The notes below the pieces were generated by a model, which ran no database searches, had not been told where the DNA came from, and saw only the letters and a list, made by a program, of their open reading frames with translations. From a virus, in the IMG/VR virus record IMGVR_UViG_3300048672_000219, positions 1 to 64,000 of that record: a stretch of DNA of 64,000 nucleotides. The stretch is one strand, 5' to 3'. Below, in pieces: positions 20,744-31,718 of this stretch. The position numbers and the translations under genes are program-made. Position 1 is the stretch's first letter, and the number at the start of each line of letters is the position of its first letter.

Positions 20744-22459
20744 CTAGTAGAATCCCTTGTTCTCAGCAGGTTGAAACTCAGAAATACGTTCAGCCGCACT
20801 CTCCAAGAAGCCTTCCGGTGGTTCCAAATACTCACCTGTATCTTGGTCGTAATACACTTTGAAATAACCGCTGCGCCCGTATTTACGATCTTCCAGCAGA
20901 ACAATAGTCGAAGTGTTACGCTCTTTGTTAGAGATGTCTGGGTCTTTGTTGCGTTCAATACCCCACATATAATATGTAGAGCGCATCATAGCTCGACTAC
21001 CTGTGAATTGGTGACTCTGTACCTTACCCCCTCGTTCATGTGGTGGGCCGCTTTCTGGAGCTTTTAAGTGGCAGAAACAGTAGTAAATAAAGCCTAAGTC
21101 TTTTGCCATCTTGGAAAGCTCATCTGCAAAACGTTCCAGCAGCGTATTAGCCTCTGCTGCACTGACACCTGCCACCATACGAGAGATTGGATCGAGGACA
21201 ACATCTGTTACACCTTCCACTAGCACTGCATGTCGAATAGCCCCTTTTACAACATCCCAAGAACAAGCACCATAGTTATTGTAGTAAATGACATTATCAC
21301 CCACTTCATTTACTGCGTCTGTCAGAGTCTTTTGGTCAAAATACCCACGCGTAATATCGTAGATTTCTTTTCCATAAATATCTGTCAGAACCCCATCCTC
21401 TTGGACAAAAATAACTTTCTCTGGATTAGTGAAGTCTTTGCCATAAATCTTACCAGCAACTTTCTTACACGTAACTTCAGGTTCTTCTTCGAACTTAAAG
21501 AGTGCAATACGCCCACCTTCAGTTTTAATGACAAACTCACTTAACTGATTGACAAATTCGCTCTTACCTATCTTCACCCCTGCGCCAATATAGTGTCCCT
21601 CACCCAAACGTCGTCCAAGACTTAGTTTGGTCATGGAAGGCCAAGGCCAAGGCTTGCCTAGTTTTGGAAGCTCACAAGCTTTCTCTTTAAATGTCTCATA
21701 CTTGATAAACCCATCTGGTGTGTATTGCACTGGCTTCATACAAGCCCAATACAACTGATCTGCCATACCCTCCCGAATCATGTCCACAGGATCGTATTCA
21801 TCCGGCAGTGCAGCAACTTGAATCTCAGGCATTAGACTATACACTGCTGCAACAGCATCTTTGCCTTTCATAATCTTCTGCTTCTCACGTTCTTCTTGAG
21901 TTGCTTTATCTGCATCAAATACTAGAACACATTCTGCGAACTTTTTAATAAAAGCTTGATTTTGTTTTTGACCAAGATTTTGTACTGCATTGGCTGTACC
22001 ACTTGAAATGCTCACTACATTAGGATTACCTTGGGGGTATTTCTCTTTTAAGACACTCCAAGTTGCTGCACAATCGTACTCCCCCTCCGTAATGAACAGC
22101 TTCTTGCCGCCCGTCTTATTGGCTGCTACCATGCCGAACACATCGCATTTAGCACTTTGAAATGCAATGGTAGTGAAATGGAATGGTGCAACTTTGGGAA
22201 TGCACAAATCCCTCTTTTTAAATCCTACAATTTCCCCGTCAATTGTGTATGGGAAATAATGGGCAATCGGCGTTTTACCATCCTTCGGACTTAGTGCTGT
22301 GCGAATCTGGAAATGCTCTGCTGCTGCTTTGGAGATAAACCTTTCTGGAATAGCTAGAATAGGATACTTTAGTACATCCTCGATAGTCTCTTGCTCATAT
22401 TTGTTATTACTACTTTGTTTTGTCGCTGCCAAGTTTTTCTCTCCCTTAAAATACCCCAT
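20744..22459 (-). CDS. DNA primase-helicase (T7 gp4-like TOPRIM + SF4 helicase)
   Basis: ITEGEYD and FDAD TOPRIM motifs; AGVKIGKS Walker A; FEE; LDP; HLK; GSRAM; DRKYGRSG. Confidence 0.9.
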   Translation of the reverse strand: MGYFKGEKNLAATKQSSNNKYEQETIEDVLKYPILAIPERFISKAAAEHFQIRTALSPKDGKTPIAHYFPYTIDGEIVGFKKRDLCIPKVAPFHFTTIAFQSAKCDVFGMVAANKTGGKKLFITEGEYDCAATWSVLKEKYPQGNPNVVSISSGTANAVQNLGQKQNQAFIKKFAECVLVFDADKATQEEREKQKIMKGKDAVAAVYSLMPEIQVAALPDEYDPVDMIREGMADQLYWACMKPVQYTPDGFIKYETFKEKACELPKLGKPWPWPSMTKLSLGRRLGEGHYIGAGVKIGKSEFVNQLSEFVIKTEGGRIALFKFEEEPEVTCKKVAGKIYGKDFTNPEKVIFVQEDGVLTDIYGKEIYDITRGYFDQKTLTDAVNEVGDNVIYYNNYGACSWDVVKGAIRHAVLVEGVTDVVLDPISRMVAGVSAAEANTLLERFADELSKMAKDLGFIYYCFCHLKAPESGPPHERGGKVQSHQFTGSRAMMRSTYYMWGIERNKDPDISNKERNTSTIVLLEDRKYGRSGYFKVYYDQDTGEYLEPPEGFLESAAERISEFQPAENKGFY

Positions 22460-24114
22460 CACCCCTCCCGCCAAATATCGCCAACCTTCTCCATCAGTCT
22501 ATCATATTTATCCTTCAGCGTATCATACTCGCCACAGAGAATGTCATAGTCTTCAAATGTGACGTATTTACCCCACTTGTATTCCTTCATTTCCCAAATA
22601 TCCAATTTGACACAATGTAAGTCATATCGTTTAACAGTCATCACCCCTCCAAACACAATATCAAAAATCCAATCACAAATACCCACCAAGGAGCGCTGTA
22701 AGCTAGACAAACAATCAGGGCGAATATGGCAACCATCACGTCCAGTCCTTCACAAATTCAAGTGCTGTATAAAGATCGTCCGTCTCAAATGTCTGCACGT
22801 CTTTGTCGCAAATTTTCTCAGTGACAATAAACATACCACCCTCTTGCACAATAACAAATTGTCCATCATAAGCATCCATAATCTGTGCTGTACGATTTTC
22901 GTCATTGAAGACAATTAGTAAATTTCTGTAAGTAATAGCCATCACACTCTCCCATTCAAAACAATAAACTCATCCAGCCATTCTTTAGGAATCTTCTGAC
23001 CATCTGCCAAATATCTCCCAATGGCTTCGTGAATTTCCTGCAAGCGAAGCACTCGCACAACTTCCATAGGACGTAAGCCGATTGGTGGCTTATGTGCAGT
23101 TGTTGAAACACAATCACTAGGAATCCATTTTGAATGACAATTACATTCTTCCAAAGGACTTGCACCACAATGTCTGCAATCGTAATGTGCCATTACTCGC
23201 TCCAAAATTCAATATATTCTACAGGCTGCATTTCATGGACAGCCTTGAACCGATTCTCAGCAGTTTCTTGTGAGTCTCGCCATTGGATAAACTCTTCATA
23301 CTCAGGAGAGTCCCAGAACACTGTGTTGGGTTTCTCTTTTTCATAATCAACTCCAACTCGCTCACACGCTTTTTTCTTGTAGGCTTCATAGACATCATTC
23401 TCCATCTCGTCCAAAAATTGCTTGAACTTTTCCCAATCCTTCAAAGTGACAGGATGATCTGTTTTGTACAAACCACTCACTTTGTACTCTTCGTATGTGC
23501 CTGAAGCAAATGTAAAGAAGTAATTCATCACTCACCCTCCAGCCGAGCAATAGCATGTTCCATAGCCAGAGCCTTCTTCAGATATTTCTGATAGCTCACA
23601 AGCTTTGCGAGTTGTTTGCGATATTTTTGTAGATAGGCATGGCAATCATATTCCTCTTCCAAATCCCCTTCCTCATCGGCCTCTTTCTTCCAATTTTTAA
23701 AGTCTTGAATCAGACGTTCCGTGAAAGAAATCTCTTCACGAGTTTTAGAAATCATCGACTGGATGGTGCTTGCATAATTCATTTGTGTTCTCCTTATCGT
23801 TTAGCATCAATGAAAGTGTTATCCAAAGCCTGAACTACAACAGGGTCAGTGATGAACACACAATGATTGATATTGATACCAGCCCATTCATTACTCACCA
23901 GCGGATAATAGTAATTCTCTTCATCACCTACTCGTGCTTGATAGATAACCTTATAGACATCTCCCACTTTATACCAATTATAATCCTTTGCTTCCTTCAC
24001 AACAACATAAACTTGCTCAGGCTGGTGCAAGTCTTCCATTTCCTTTTGAATCTCTTCCAGTTGCTTCTGTAGAGCTTTCAGCTTTTGTTCTTTAGTTGTG
24101 TTCACTTGTTCTCC

Positions 24115-24687
24115 TTATTTATAAACTGCAATCAACAGTTCTCCCAGATTATCATAATACTGAAAATCTTCAAATTTGTCCAACACTTTCTTGAGATAAG
24201 CATTACCTTGTGCGTACAAAGTATTTGTCTTAAATATCGAGTTGTGTTTCACAGTGATGTTAAAGTCTTTGTCAGTTTTAATTTGACCATTCTTGTACCA
24301 AGCCTTGCAAATACTCAGCGGAAATTGATTCTCAACTTTGAAAGGACTGTCCTTGACAAGAATAAGCTGCACGTCAACATCATCAATCTGAGCGTTAAAC
24401 ACAGCACGAATATTTGGATTATGGTTGTACCAGTTTGGCAAATCGTCAGCAGCCTTGGACGAATCTACTTCAAATCCAGCAATCTTCAACATCTTATTGA
24501 TAATACCAATTTGCACATGATCTTTCACAGAGAAGAACAAGTCAATGTCTTTTGCTGGCTTGTTGAAATACCAGTCTCGCGGAGCGCCACCCGCAACAAT
24601 TGCAAATGGGTCAATAAGATAACTCATTGCCAAAGCACGATCTGCAACTGCTTGTTGCTTCTTGATTAGATTTTCATTTTCCGTCAC
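24115..24687 (-). CDS. Nucleotidyltransferase (CCA/poly(A) polymerase head-like)
   Basis: VAGGAPRD...PAKDIDLF motif. Confidence 0.75.
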   Translation of the reverse strand: MTENENLIKKQQAVADRALAMSYLIDPFAIVAGGAPRDWYFNKPAKDIDLFFSVKDHVQIGIINKMLKIAGFEVDSSKAADDLPNWYNHNPNIRAVFNAQIDDVDVQLILVKDSPFKVENQFPLSICKAWYKNGQIKTDKDFNITVKHNSIFKTNTLYAQGNAYLKKVLDKFEDFQYYDNLGELLIAVYK

Positions 24688-24754
24688 TTTGTTCTCCTGT
24701 TATAAACGTCATTTTGACGCGATGTGTGTATGATAGACTAAATTTTACGGGTTG

Positions 24755-25423
24755 TCAAGTGGCTTTCCACGTTTCTTCTACAACAGGAAATGCTTGATTA
24801 ACAGCTTCAGCAATCAAACGTGCCAGCATGACATGTTCCTCTTGTGTAACACCTTTCTCTAGTCGCACTTGCAGATAATGCACCCAAGAACGAATCGTAC
24901 CATTCACATAAGCACGAGACATTGTTAGCCCTTCCGGCAGCAAAGTTCTGGCAACCTCTTTAGCAATGCCTTTCTCAATTGCTTGAGTGTAATAATGCTT
25001 AACACTGTCAAGAAGATACTTCTGAGACTGTAACCACCACTCAGCAAGCTCTTTGTCATTCGTTTCAATACTATTCTGACGATTCTTATTATCTTGCAGG
25101 CGAACATCCCGATAACAGAAGGCATCACCCAAAGAAGTTACATCAGCATAACGCTGAGAGAACTCTTGGAAACTGAAGCTGCGATGACGCAGAAGTTGAC
25201 GCATAATATCGCGGGGCGCTTCCACTTCTACAACGGCATTAGCCATCTCAAGAGGACTCCAATGGTTATGCTTGACAAGGTACGCAAGCAGCTTGTCAGC
25301 AGTGTCCATATTCATTTGATTGTTTGGATTACTCACTCGTGCGCAGAACGCAATCAGTTCTTTGGCATTGTCAATACCTTCTACAACAGGTTTAGTTACT
25401 GCGATTAGTTTTGCATTCAGCAT
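24755..25423 (-). CDS. thyX: Flavin-dependent thymidylate synthase
   Basis: HWSPLE, RQLLRHRSFSFQEFSQRY signature, KEVAR.LLP. Confidence 0.95.
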   Translation of the reverse strand: MLNAKLIAVTKPVVEGIDNAKELIAFCARVSNPNNQMNMDTADKLLAYLVKHNHWSPLEMANAVVEVEAPRDIMRQLLRHRSFSFQEFSQRYADVTSLGDAFCYRDVRLQDNKNRQNSIETNDKELAEWWLQSQKYLLDSVKHYYTQAIEKGIAKEVARTLLPEGLTMSRAYVNGTIRSWVHYLQVRLEKGVTQEEHVMLARLIAEAVNQAFPVVEETWKAT

Positions 25424-27511
25424 TAATTCTTCTCTCCTTGTTCAATTCCCTTAAACCAACCATCTGCATATTCCACCATCCCAAACAGCCAAGCACAAGC
25501 CCATGCACCAATTGACTGCCAAGAAAACCCATCCTTGAGTATGTACATGCAAACGGCAAACTGTAGTGCAGAACTTACCCACCACAAGGGTTGCTTATAG
25601 AATGGCTTCATTTCTCAAGTCCTTCCACACGATAATAAACATCCGTCAAATTAACAAGCTCGTAAGTGTCTTGCTCATCAAATTTAATCGCCACATACCC
25701 TACATTATTAACCCACACTTTATTTCGCTGTGCAAAAGCATTCTTGGCATTGCCAGCCTTAGTCCAAGCACAACGAGAGTTGTATGCTTGAAACTCTCCC
25801 GTTTCCTTATTTCGGATTGCAAATATTTGTGTGCTCATTTGTCTAGCCAATCTTCGATAATTTCATCAACATTATCCCACAAAATCATTCCACCCTCAAA
25901 CCATTGGTAGAAGAATTTGCACACAAACCCTGCCAGCGTGAGAGGCCAGAGGATTGCAAATAGGCTCCATCTGATAATTAGTCGTTTCTTATTCATCATT
26001 TCCCCTTATAAAGATTTTGCACAGCTTCAATAATTAATTCTTGCATATTCTCTTTCAGTTCAGCAATTGTAGCTTCTTGCACATTAGCTTCCACAATCTC
26101 TGCAATCAATGGCTTCTGTTCGTCAAGACACTTCTGCAAATATCTCCACATTTCATTGCTTCCATCATCCCACATGTCAGGAGCTTTGAACACAGTGTAG
26201 CTTGACAGTTCTTTCACAACACGAGTGGCATTCTGCTTGATAAGCTCTGCCATGTCAATGTTTAGCGTATCGTCACAAGCCTTACTAACAGCTTGATAGG
26301 CTGTATTGGAAAGGAACCGTTGCAAGTCTTGTTCTGTGTTGAGCTTACGCTGAATAAACTTACGAAATTCTTGTTCAGCAATTTCCTGCATTGTGTCTTG
26401 TGAGAGATGATCTTCTAGGTTGATTTCCATCTATTCTTCCTTATCAAAAGTTTTAGGTACTACTCGACATTCATATGTGTCTGCACAATTATTGCAAATT
26501 GCCGCCCAATCTCCAAGGCGAGATAAGCCTGTTGCTGGAAATTCCGCAAAGTCATAATCCAAATTTGCGTCGTAGAATGTCTTACAACCACATACATCAC
26601 ATAGTCGATAATCAGAAGCTGCCATTATGCACCCACATAAACAGTAATGGTTTTCTCAACAGGCTTCACCTTACGGAAAGTAGGATCATAACGCTCACCA
26701 TATCCCCAATAACCGCAGTTATCTCGAACTGTGGCCACTTCAAAGTATTCATCCGTAGGAACATCATTCAAAATAAGCTGAAACACTTCCGTAACTGTGA
26801 CAGTTTTGTGTTCTGCTTCTTCCTCAAAGAACACACGTTTAAACTCCACACCATCTACCTCAGAATACACTTCACCATCTTCGTAATGGTTGTCGATAAA
26901 TTCTTGCAGATTCATCATTCTTCCCCCTTATATTGTTCAAGCACATCGTCAAGATTAGGTACTAAGTCCATCAGAAAATCCAGTTTGTTTGCCAAGTCAT
27001 TGTACAACTCTTCATAATACTCTGCTTTAGCTTTGTACAAATCTTCTTTCGTTGCATACATACTCATTGAGAATTCTTGCATTATGTTCCCCTATTTCTT
27101 CTGCACACAAACAAATTTATATTCTTTGCTAGTTTCCTTCACAAAGCCCTTAGCAGCCTCTCCAGCTTGTTGACATGCTACTTGGCTAGAGAAGCCTTCA
27201 ATCGAATGCAGAGCTACAGAATCACCCTTAGCCCATACGCCAGCATAAATATACATCACGAGTACCCACGTCATTTGTTTTCTCCTTTAACGGCTGATAA
27301 TTATTTCATGTCCAAGATGATTGATAATATCTTTCAGGACATTTTTTAGTTCATGATTGGTTCCATCATAACAGTGAGCAATCGCCGGATAGTCTCCAAA
27401 TGGCTCTCCATCAATTGTTACATTAAAGCCATTCGACCAACTGCTGCCGCAGTCTTCACAGTCGTACTCATCGAATGTGTGTTCAATTCTAATTAGTGAC
27501 ATGTTTTCTCC

Positions 27512-27922
27512 TTATTTACTGTAATAAAAATGACCATCCACTTTAAGAAGTAGCTTGCCATATCCTTTGGGAAAGCGTTTCGTATTAAAATACCAGCCAG
27601 CTTTCCCTACAACTGGTGGATATTGTAGCACATCAAAATACCTTTGCAACTCTTTTTCAGTGAAATGCCAATCTTTCTGTGCAGCTGCCCAAGGCCATTG
27701 TCCTTTAGCCATTACAACTTGGCAATAGCTCTTGTGCTCCACTCTGGAACGATTCTGAAGCGTCTCCAGCACAGCCTTAGCGCCTTTCAGAGAACAACCT
27801 GCGCATTCCTTCACAAGGGTACGGACAGCACACTGTAAGTTGCTAGGAGGCTTCCTCACGCCTTTCCCATGTGCCACAGAGCAAGCTAACACTAAGAGAA
27901 CGGCTGTGAGGAACTTAGTCAT
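27512..27922 (-). CDS. SleB-like cell wall hydrolase
   Basis: Signal-like N-terminus; C..RTL..E...KG..AV...L.NR...C.VV...GQW...GHFYY pattern. Confidence 0.6.
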   Translation of the reverse strand: MTKFLTAVLLVLACSVAHGKGVRKPPSNLQCAVRTLVKECAGCSLKGAKAVLETLQNRSRVEHKSYCQVVMAKGQWPWAAAQKDWHFTEKELQRYFDVLQYPPVVGKAGWYFNTKRFPKGYGKLLLKVDGHFYYSK

Positions 27923-28274
27923 TCGTCTCGATCCGTCCAGTAACGCATATAGCCTTCACCAATCAGAAAGTCTTGAAACACATCACAATCGTAATGATCG
28001 TTCAGCAGCCCAAACAAATCATCAGCAAGAGCTTGTCGTTGTGCGACAGGGATATAGTGGTGGATCATTATGTTGTTCAATCGCTCATTCATTATCATTT
28101 CCTTTCAAATCAGCATACAATGCTTCGTCTAAATATGTCAAATATTCTTCTGGAAGGATTTGCACAAAATCCATGTCTCCGATTTTGAAGCTATCCACTT
28201 GGAACAGATCATAATCTCCGTCACTATTGGAAGCAGCTTCAAATGTGTATGTTACATCGCATAGGATTTTTGTT

Positions 28275-29297
28275 TTATAGTTTTTCATTCATTTCCTCTA
28301 AAATAAGTTGTTTCTCAATAAATTCTATCACATCTAAGTAGTTATGGTAGTACGTCGCCTCTGTTTTAAATCCAGATATTTTCTGAGGGTGTAAAACAAA
28401 AGTTTTCTTGAGTTTCCTTTCTATTTCAAAAGCAGTATTACCACCCATTTCAAAAGTTATAAGTTCATCTACAATACAGCCAACGTCTTTTAAATTTTTT
28501 CTGTGTTCTGCTAGTCTCTGGATGAATTTGTTGGATATACCATACCCTGTAAATTCAAAACTTCCGACTATTTTCAAAACATACACCACGGCAGATTTTT
28601 CTCTGTGAAATCCTGCTGGGCTAGGGCATCTGCAAGGTTTTCGACCTTTTCTTAGATTTGAAGTAGTGGATTTAAAAATTCCAGAGCATTTTCCAGATGT
28701 GACTAACTCATCACAACTACAGATCGGGCAAATTACATCCCAAAGACATCTTCCTGAAACATTATAAGTTTCCTCTCGGCGTTTGAATTTCCAACCGTCT
28801 GAGAACAAACCTTTAGATAGGAGTTTATTTGTAAAATCTTCATCACTCATTCTCCACGAATTAGCTTTTATTGCAATTTTACATTTAGGGCAACCATTTT
28901 TATTTTTGATAAAGCACGTGACACTAGTAGAGTCCCAGACATGACCATCTTTTAAGCATTTCAAAATTATTTTGTCTTTGGCTCTTACTTTAACATCATT
29001 GTTTTTGTATCCAATGAAGTCATAATTCTTTTCTTCACATAATCTTTTTATTACAATACTGCATTGTTCTTTTGTTTTGCTATATGTATTTGAGCAGGCG
29101 CAAGGGATATGTCCAGATTTCAAAGACGATGCCGCTATTTCAAACTCACCATTTCCGTATAGCTCTTGATCTTTGCAGCAGATGTGACACTTCACTATGC
29201 AGTATTTTGTTGATTTGTTTTTTAAGAAGATATTTAAAACTTCTAAGTGATTCATTTCACCAAATGAATCTCCAATTTCTACAGAACTTTTCTTCAC
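28275..29297 (-). CDS. Putative homing endonuclease: Zn-finger repeats plus C-terminal GIY-YIG-like domain
   Basis: Repeated CxxC/GCPKC/PCRC modules; VVYVLKI...GYGISN...RL..H...FEIERKLK...G..TE; GTG start abuts the upstream ORF's stop. Confidence 0.7.
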   Translation of the reverse strand: MKKSSVEIGDSFGEMNHLEVLNIFLKNKSTKYCIVKCHICCKDQELYGNGEFEIAASSLKSGHIPCACSNTYSKTKEQCSIVIKRLCEEKNYDFIGYKNNDVKVRAKDKIILKCLKDGHVWDSTSVTCFIKNKNGCPKCKIAIKANSWRMSDEDFTNKLLSKGLFSDGWKFKRREETYNVSGRCLWDVICPICSCDELVTSGKCSGIFKSTTSNLRKGRKPCRCPSPAGFHREKSAVVYVLKIVGSFEFTGYGISNKFIQRLAEHRKNLKDVGCIVDELITFEMGGNTAFEIERKLKKTFVLHPQKISGFKTEATYYHNYLDVIEFIEKQLILEEMNEKL

Positions 29298-29483
29298 TTA
29301 CAAAGTCTCCAGCAATCTCACCAGTTTACGTTTACGCACAACAGCCCGTGCGTCCTTAATCTTCTGCACAATATCATCATGACCCTTTTTACGATGATAT
29401 ATAAGCTGTTGTGTGATACGTTGAGCACTAGAAATTTCAATGTAATCTGCCAGTTCTTCTACAGTTGCCAATTTATAATCCAT
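29298..29483 (-). CDS. Small helical protein, paralog A of a three-member family
   Basis: GGAGG RBS, first gene after a consensus promoter; similar to 37979-38161 and 47383-47595. Confidence 0.75.
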   Translation of the reverse strand: MDYKLATVEELADYIEISSAQRITQQLIYHRKKGHDDIVQKIKDARAVVRKRKLVRLLETL

Positions 29484-29506
29484 AATACCTCCAAGGTTAA
29501 AAAGGT

Positions 29507-29535
29507 ATTATAGCATAACATTTAGTAAATGTCAA
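29507..29535 (-). promoter_or_regulatory. sigma70 promoter
   Basis: TTGACA-N17-TATAAT with extended -10 TGn. Confidence 0.85.
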
Positions 29536-29559
29536 GGGAGTGCCTTACAACTTGTGGGG

Positions 29560-30924
29560 TTATCCGGTAGTTATACCTTTTGCCGCAGACAGAATTGCAA
29601 CACACTCATCGTAGCTGTTTGCTTCAGTTTTGTCAAGGCGTTCTTCTACAAACACTGGAAGGAAACAACTGAATGTATCGCTTCCGCGCTTGCTGATAAT
29701 GTCGTTGGCTTTGATAGTGACGATCTTACCAATCATGTCGTGCTTGTGCATCCAGAACACTTTACGCATATCGTCTGTCATGCCAGTTCCAACATCCGTT
29801 ACAAGCTTCCCACAGGAACTGGTGAGTTGCAAAGCACCACACATTCCAGCAGCTTTACCAGAGCCTTCAACAACACCTGTGATTTTCAGGTCAATCTCAA
29901 ACTCTACTTTCATCTTCACACAATCTTTGCTTGTGCCATCTTTCCAGAGGAAGTCTGTAGTTTTCAGTACAGCGCCTTCTTTACCTTGTGCAGTGAATTC
30001 AGAGTAGATTTTAAAAGCTTCTTCCATGGAGTGTACCTCAAAGGTTTCCACAGATTGAATACTCTCTACGACACTGCTTTTACTCAAAACATCTAATGCA
30101 GCAAGACGTTGTGAATATTTACGAACACTTTTTCCTGATTTAAATTCTTCCATGCTCAGAATATCCCAAGCATACATCCTATAGATATAGTTACTATTTA
30201 CTTCACCACCTTTAAGGATGCTGTTAAGAATACCATTACCTGTTTTGCGGTCAAGAAGCTGCATCTCCCCGTTGTAAATCGGGTTTGTGAACACGACAAT
30301 CTCACCAGCTAGCACAATATCATTTGGCAAACCTTTTGCGATTTGCGCAGAGAATTCCTTTGGATATATGCTTCCTGCGCGAGTAATTACTTGAGGTTCC
30401 GCATCTACTCCTTTTGCTACATAGGCGAATGCCCCATCAAATTTCTCTTGAATCAAGTAAGAATTCAGTTTGCTAAACTTCTCCTTAGCTTTCTTATCTA
30501 GCAAACTGCAACGCTGATAAGGCACTGAGAAGTACAAATTCGGCCACGTTTTTAATACCATAGTGTCGCCCACGCCAGCACCAATGGAGCGATTCATCAT
30601 TAACTGAATGAGTGTTCGTCCTTCATCGTTTAGTGCCGACACATGCCCGTTCAAGCTGGCTTCTGCTGCAAGTCCTGTCACTTTACGACCTGCAATTTCA
30701 TTCAGCATAAAATGAATGTCAATGGAATCAAACTCTTGAGTCCCTGACCAAGTTTTCAGGTCTGAATGTTGCAGCTTCTTTTGCCAGAAATTAATGGCAG
30801 GGTCGTAAGTCACTCGCATGTATTCTTTCAGCAGAGCATTGTCCTTATGCTGCATCAGAATAGCTTGCTTTGCATTGCTTCCTTGAGCTTCTTGCAAGCT
30901 CTTGATAATTTCGTACAGTGTCAT
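29560..30924 (-). CDS. ATP-dependent DNA ligase
   Basis: EKFDG adenylation motif, LAGE, AWD, EGAVLK, VKMK, VGTG, FLPVF..ERLDK. Confidence 0.92.
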   Translation of the reverse strand: MTLYEIIKSLQEAQGSNAKQAILMQHKDNALLKEYMRVTYDPAINFWQKKLQHSDLKTWSGTQEFDSIDIHFMLNEIAGRKVTGLAAEASLNGHVSALNDEGRTLIQLMMNRSIGAGVGDTMVLKTWPNLYFSVPYQRCSLLDKKAKEKFSKLNSYLIQEKFDGAFAYVAKGVDAEPQVITRAGSIYPKEFSAQIAKGLPNDIVLAGEIVVFTNPIYNGEMQLLDRKTGNGILNSILKGGEVNSNYIYRMYAWDILSMEEFKSGKSVRKYSQRLAALDVLSKSSVVESIQSVETFEVHSMEEAFKIYSEFTAQGKEGAVLKTTDFLWKDGTSKDCVKMKVEFEIDLKITGVVEGSGKAAGMCGALQLTSSCGKLVTDVGTGMTDDMRKVFWMHKHDMIGKIVTIKANDIISKRGSDTFSCFLPVFVEERLDKTEANSYDECVAILSAAKGITTG

Positions 30925-31443
30925 TCCATCTCCTTAAAGTATTCCTTCATCACATCATAATTTATTACAACACCCATCAAATTACCCTGCGTATCTTCTA
31001 CAACAGTGTGGGCATCCTCAATATAGTATTCACTATGACTAGTACCATAAGCCACATAACCTTTAGCCATAGCACCCTTCAACTCTTCCAATTCTTTCTC
31101 CAACTCTGCAATACGTGCTGCAATGCTCATCTCATTTCTCCTTAATTTCATCATTAAAAATTGGCTCAAACACAACTGGTGAATACTCACACAGACGCTC
31201 CACTATAGCATGTTGTACAAGCTCTCGCAAGTCTTTTAGTTCACCTAGAGTGAAGTTTCCAATATAAGAAAACCTATCGTCAGAGTTGACTATCATTTTG
31301 CTTTGAAGCCACAACTCTAACTTCTCATTAGCATTGTCCATCACAACTCTCCTTATGAATTTGTATAAGCCATTTTAGAGTATATTTTGGAGCATGTCAA
31401 GTGAATCCTTCACTAATTTCAAGTGTTATGAAATGTATAGGCG

Positions 31444-31480
31444 AAGAAAAGCCCACCCGACCTGTTAGGGAGGGGTGGGC
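31444..31480 (-). terminator. Intrinsic terminator closing the 936-aa gene unit
   Basis: GCCCACCC/GGGTGGGC stem plus TTTTCTT. Confidence 0.7.
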
Positions 31481-31718
31481 CAACTCTTAGTTTACAGATT
31501 TTTTAGTATCTTATTCAAGTCTTCTTCAGATAGAATTACTACTACGTCATCAAGTAGCGGATGTTTTATGTTGCCGCCATACTCATTAAACGCCGCAACA
31601 GAATACACTCCTTCTTCAAAAACATCAATCTGAAGTGTTCCTTGATCTACTGCAACATTTGCTTGTTTGTGCATCGCACAACAGTCTTTGTTGCTCCATA
31701 CTAAGTCTTTTACGTTCA

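Noticed and set aside
2620-30096. Many plus-strand ORFs within the minus-strand replication arm (e.g. 24085-24669, 26475-27017, 29554-30096)
   Set aside because: Antisense shadows of well-supported genes, without RBS or recognisable motifs
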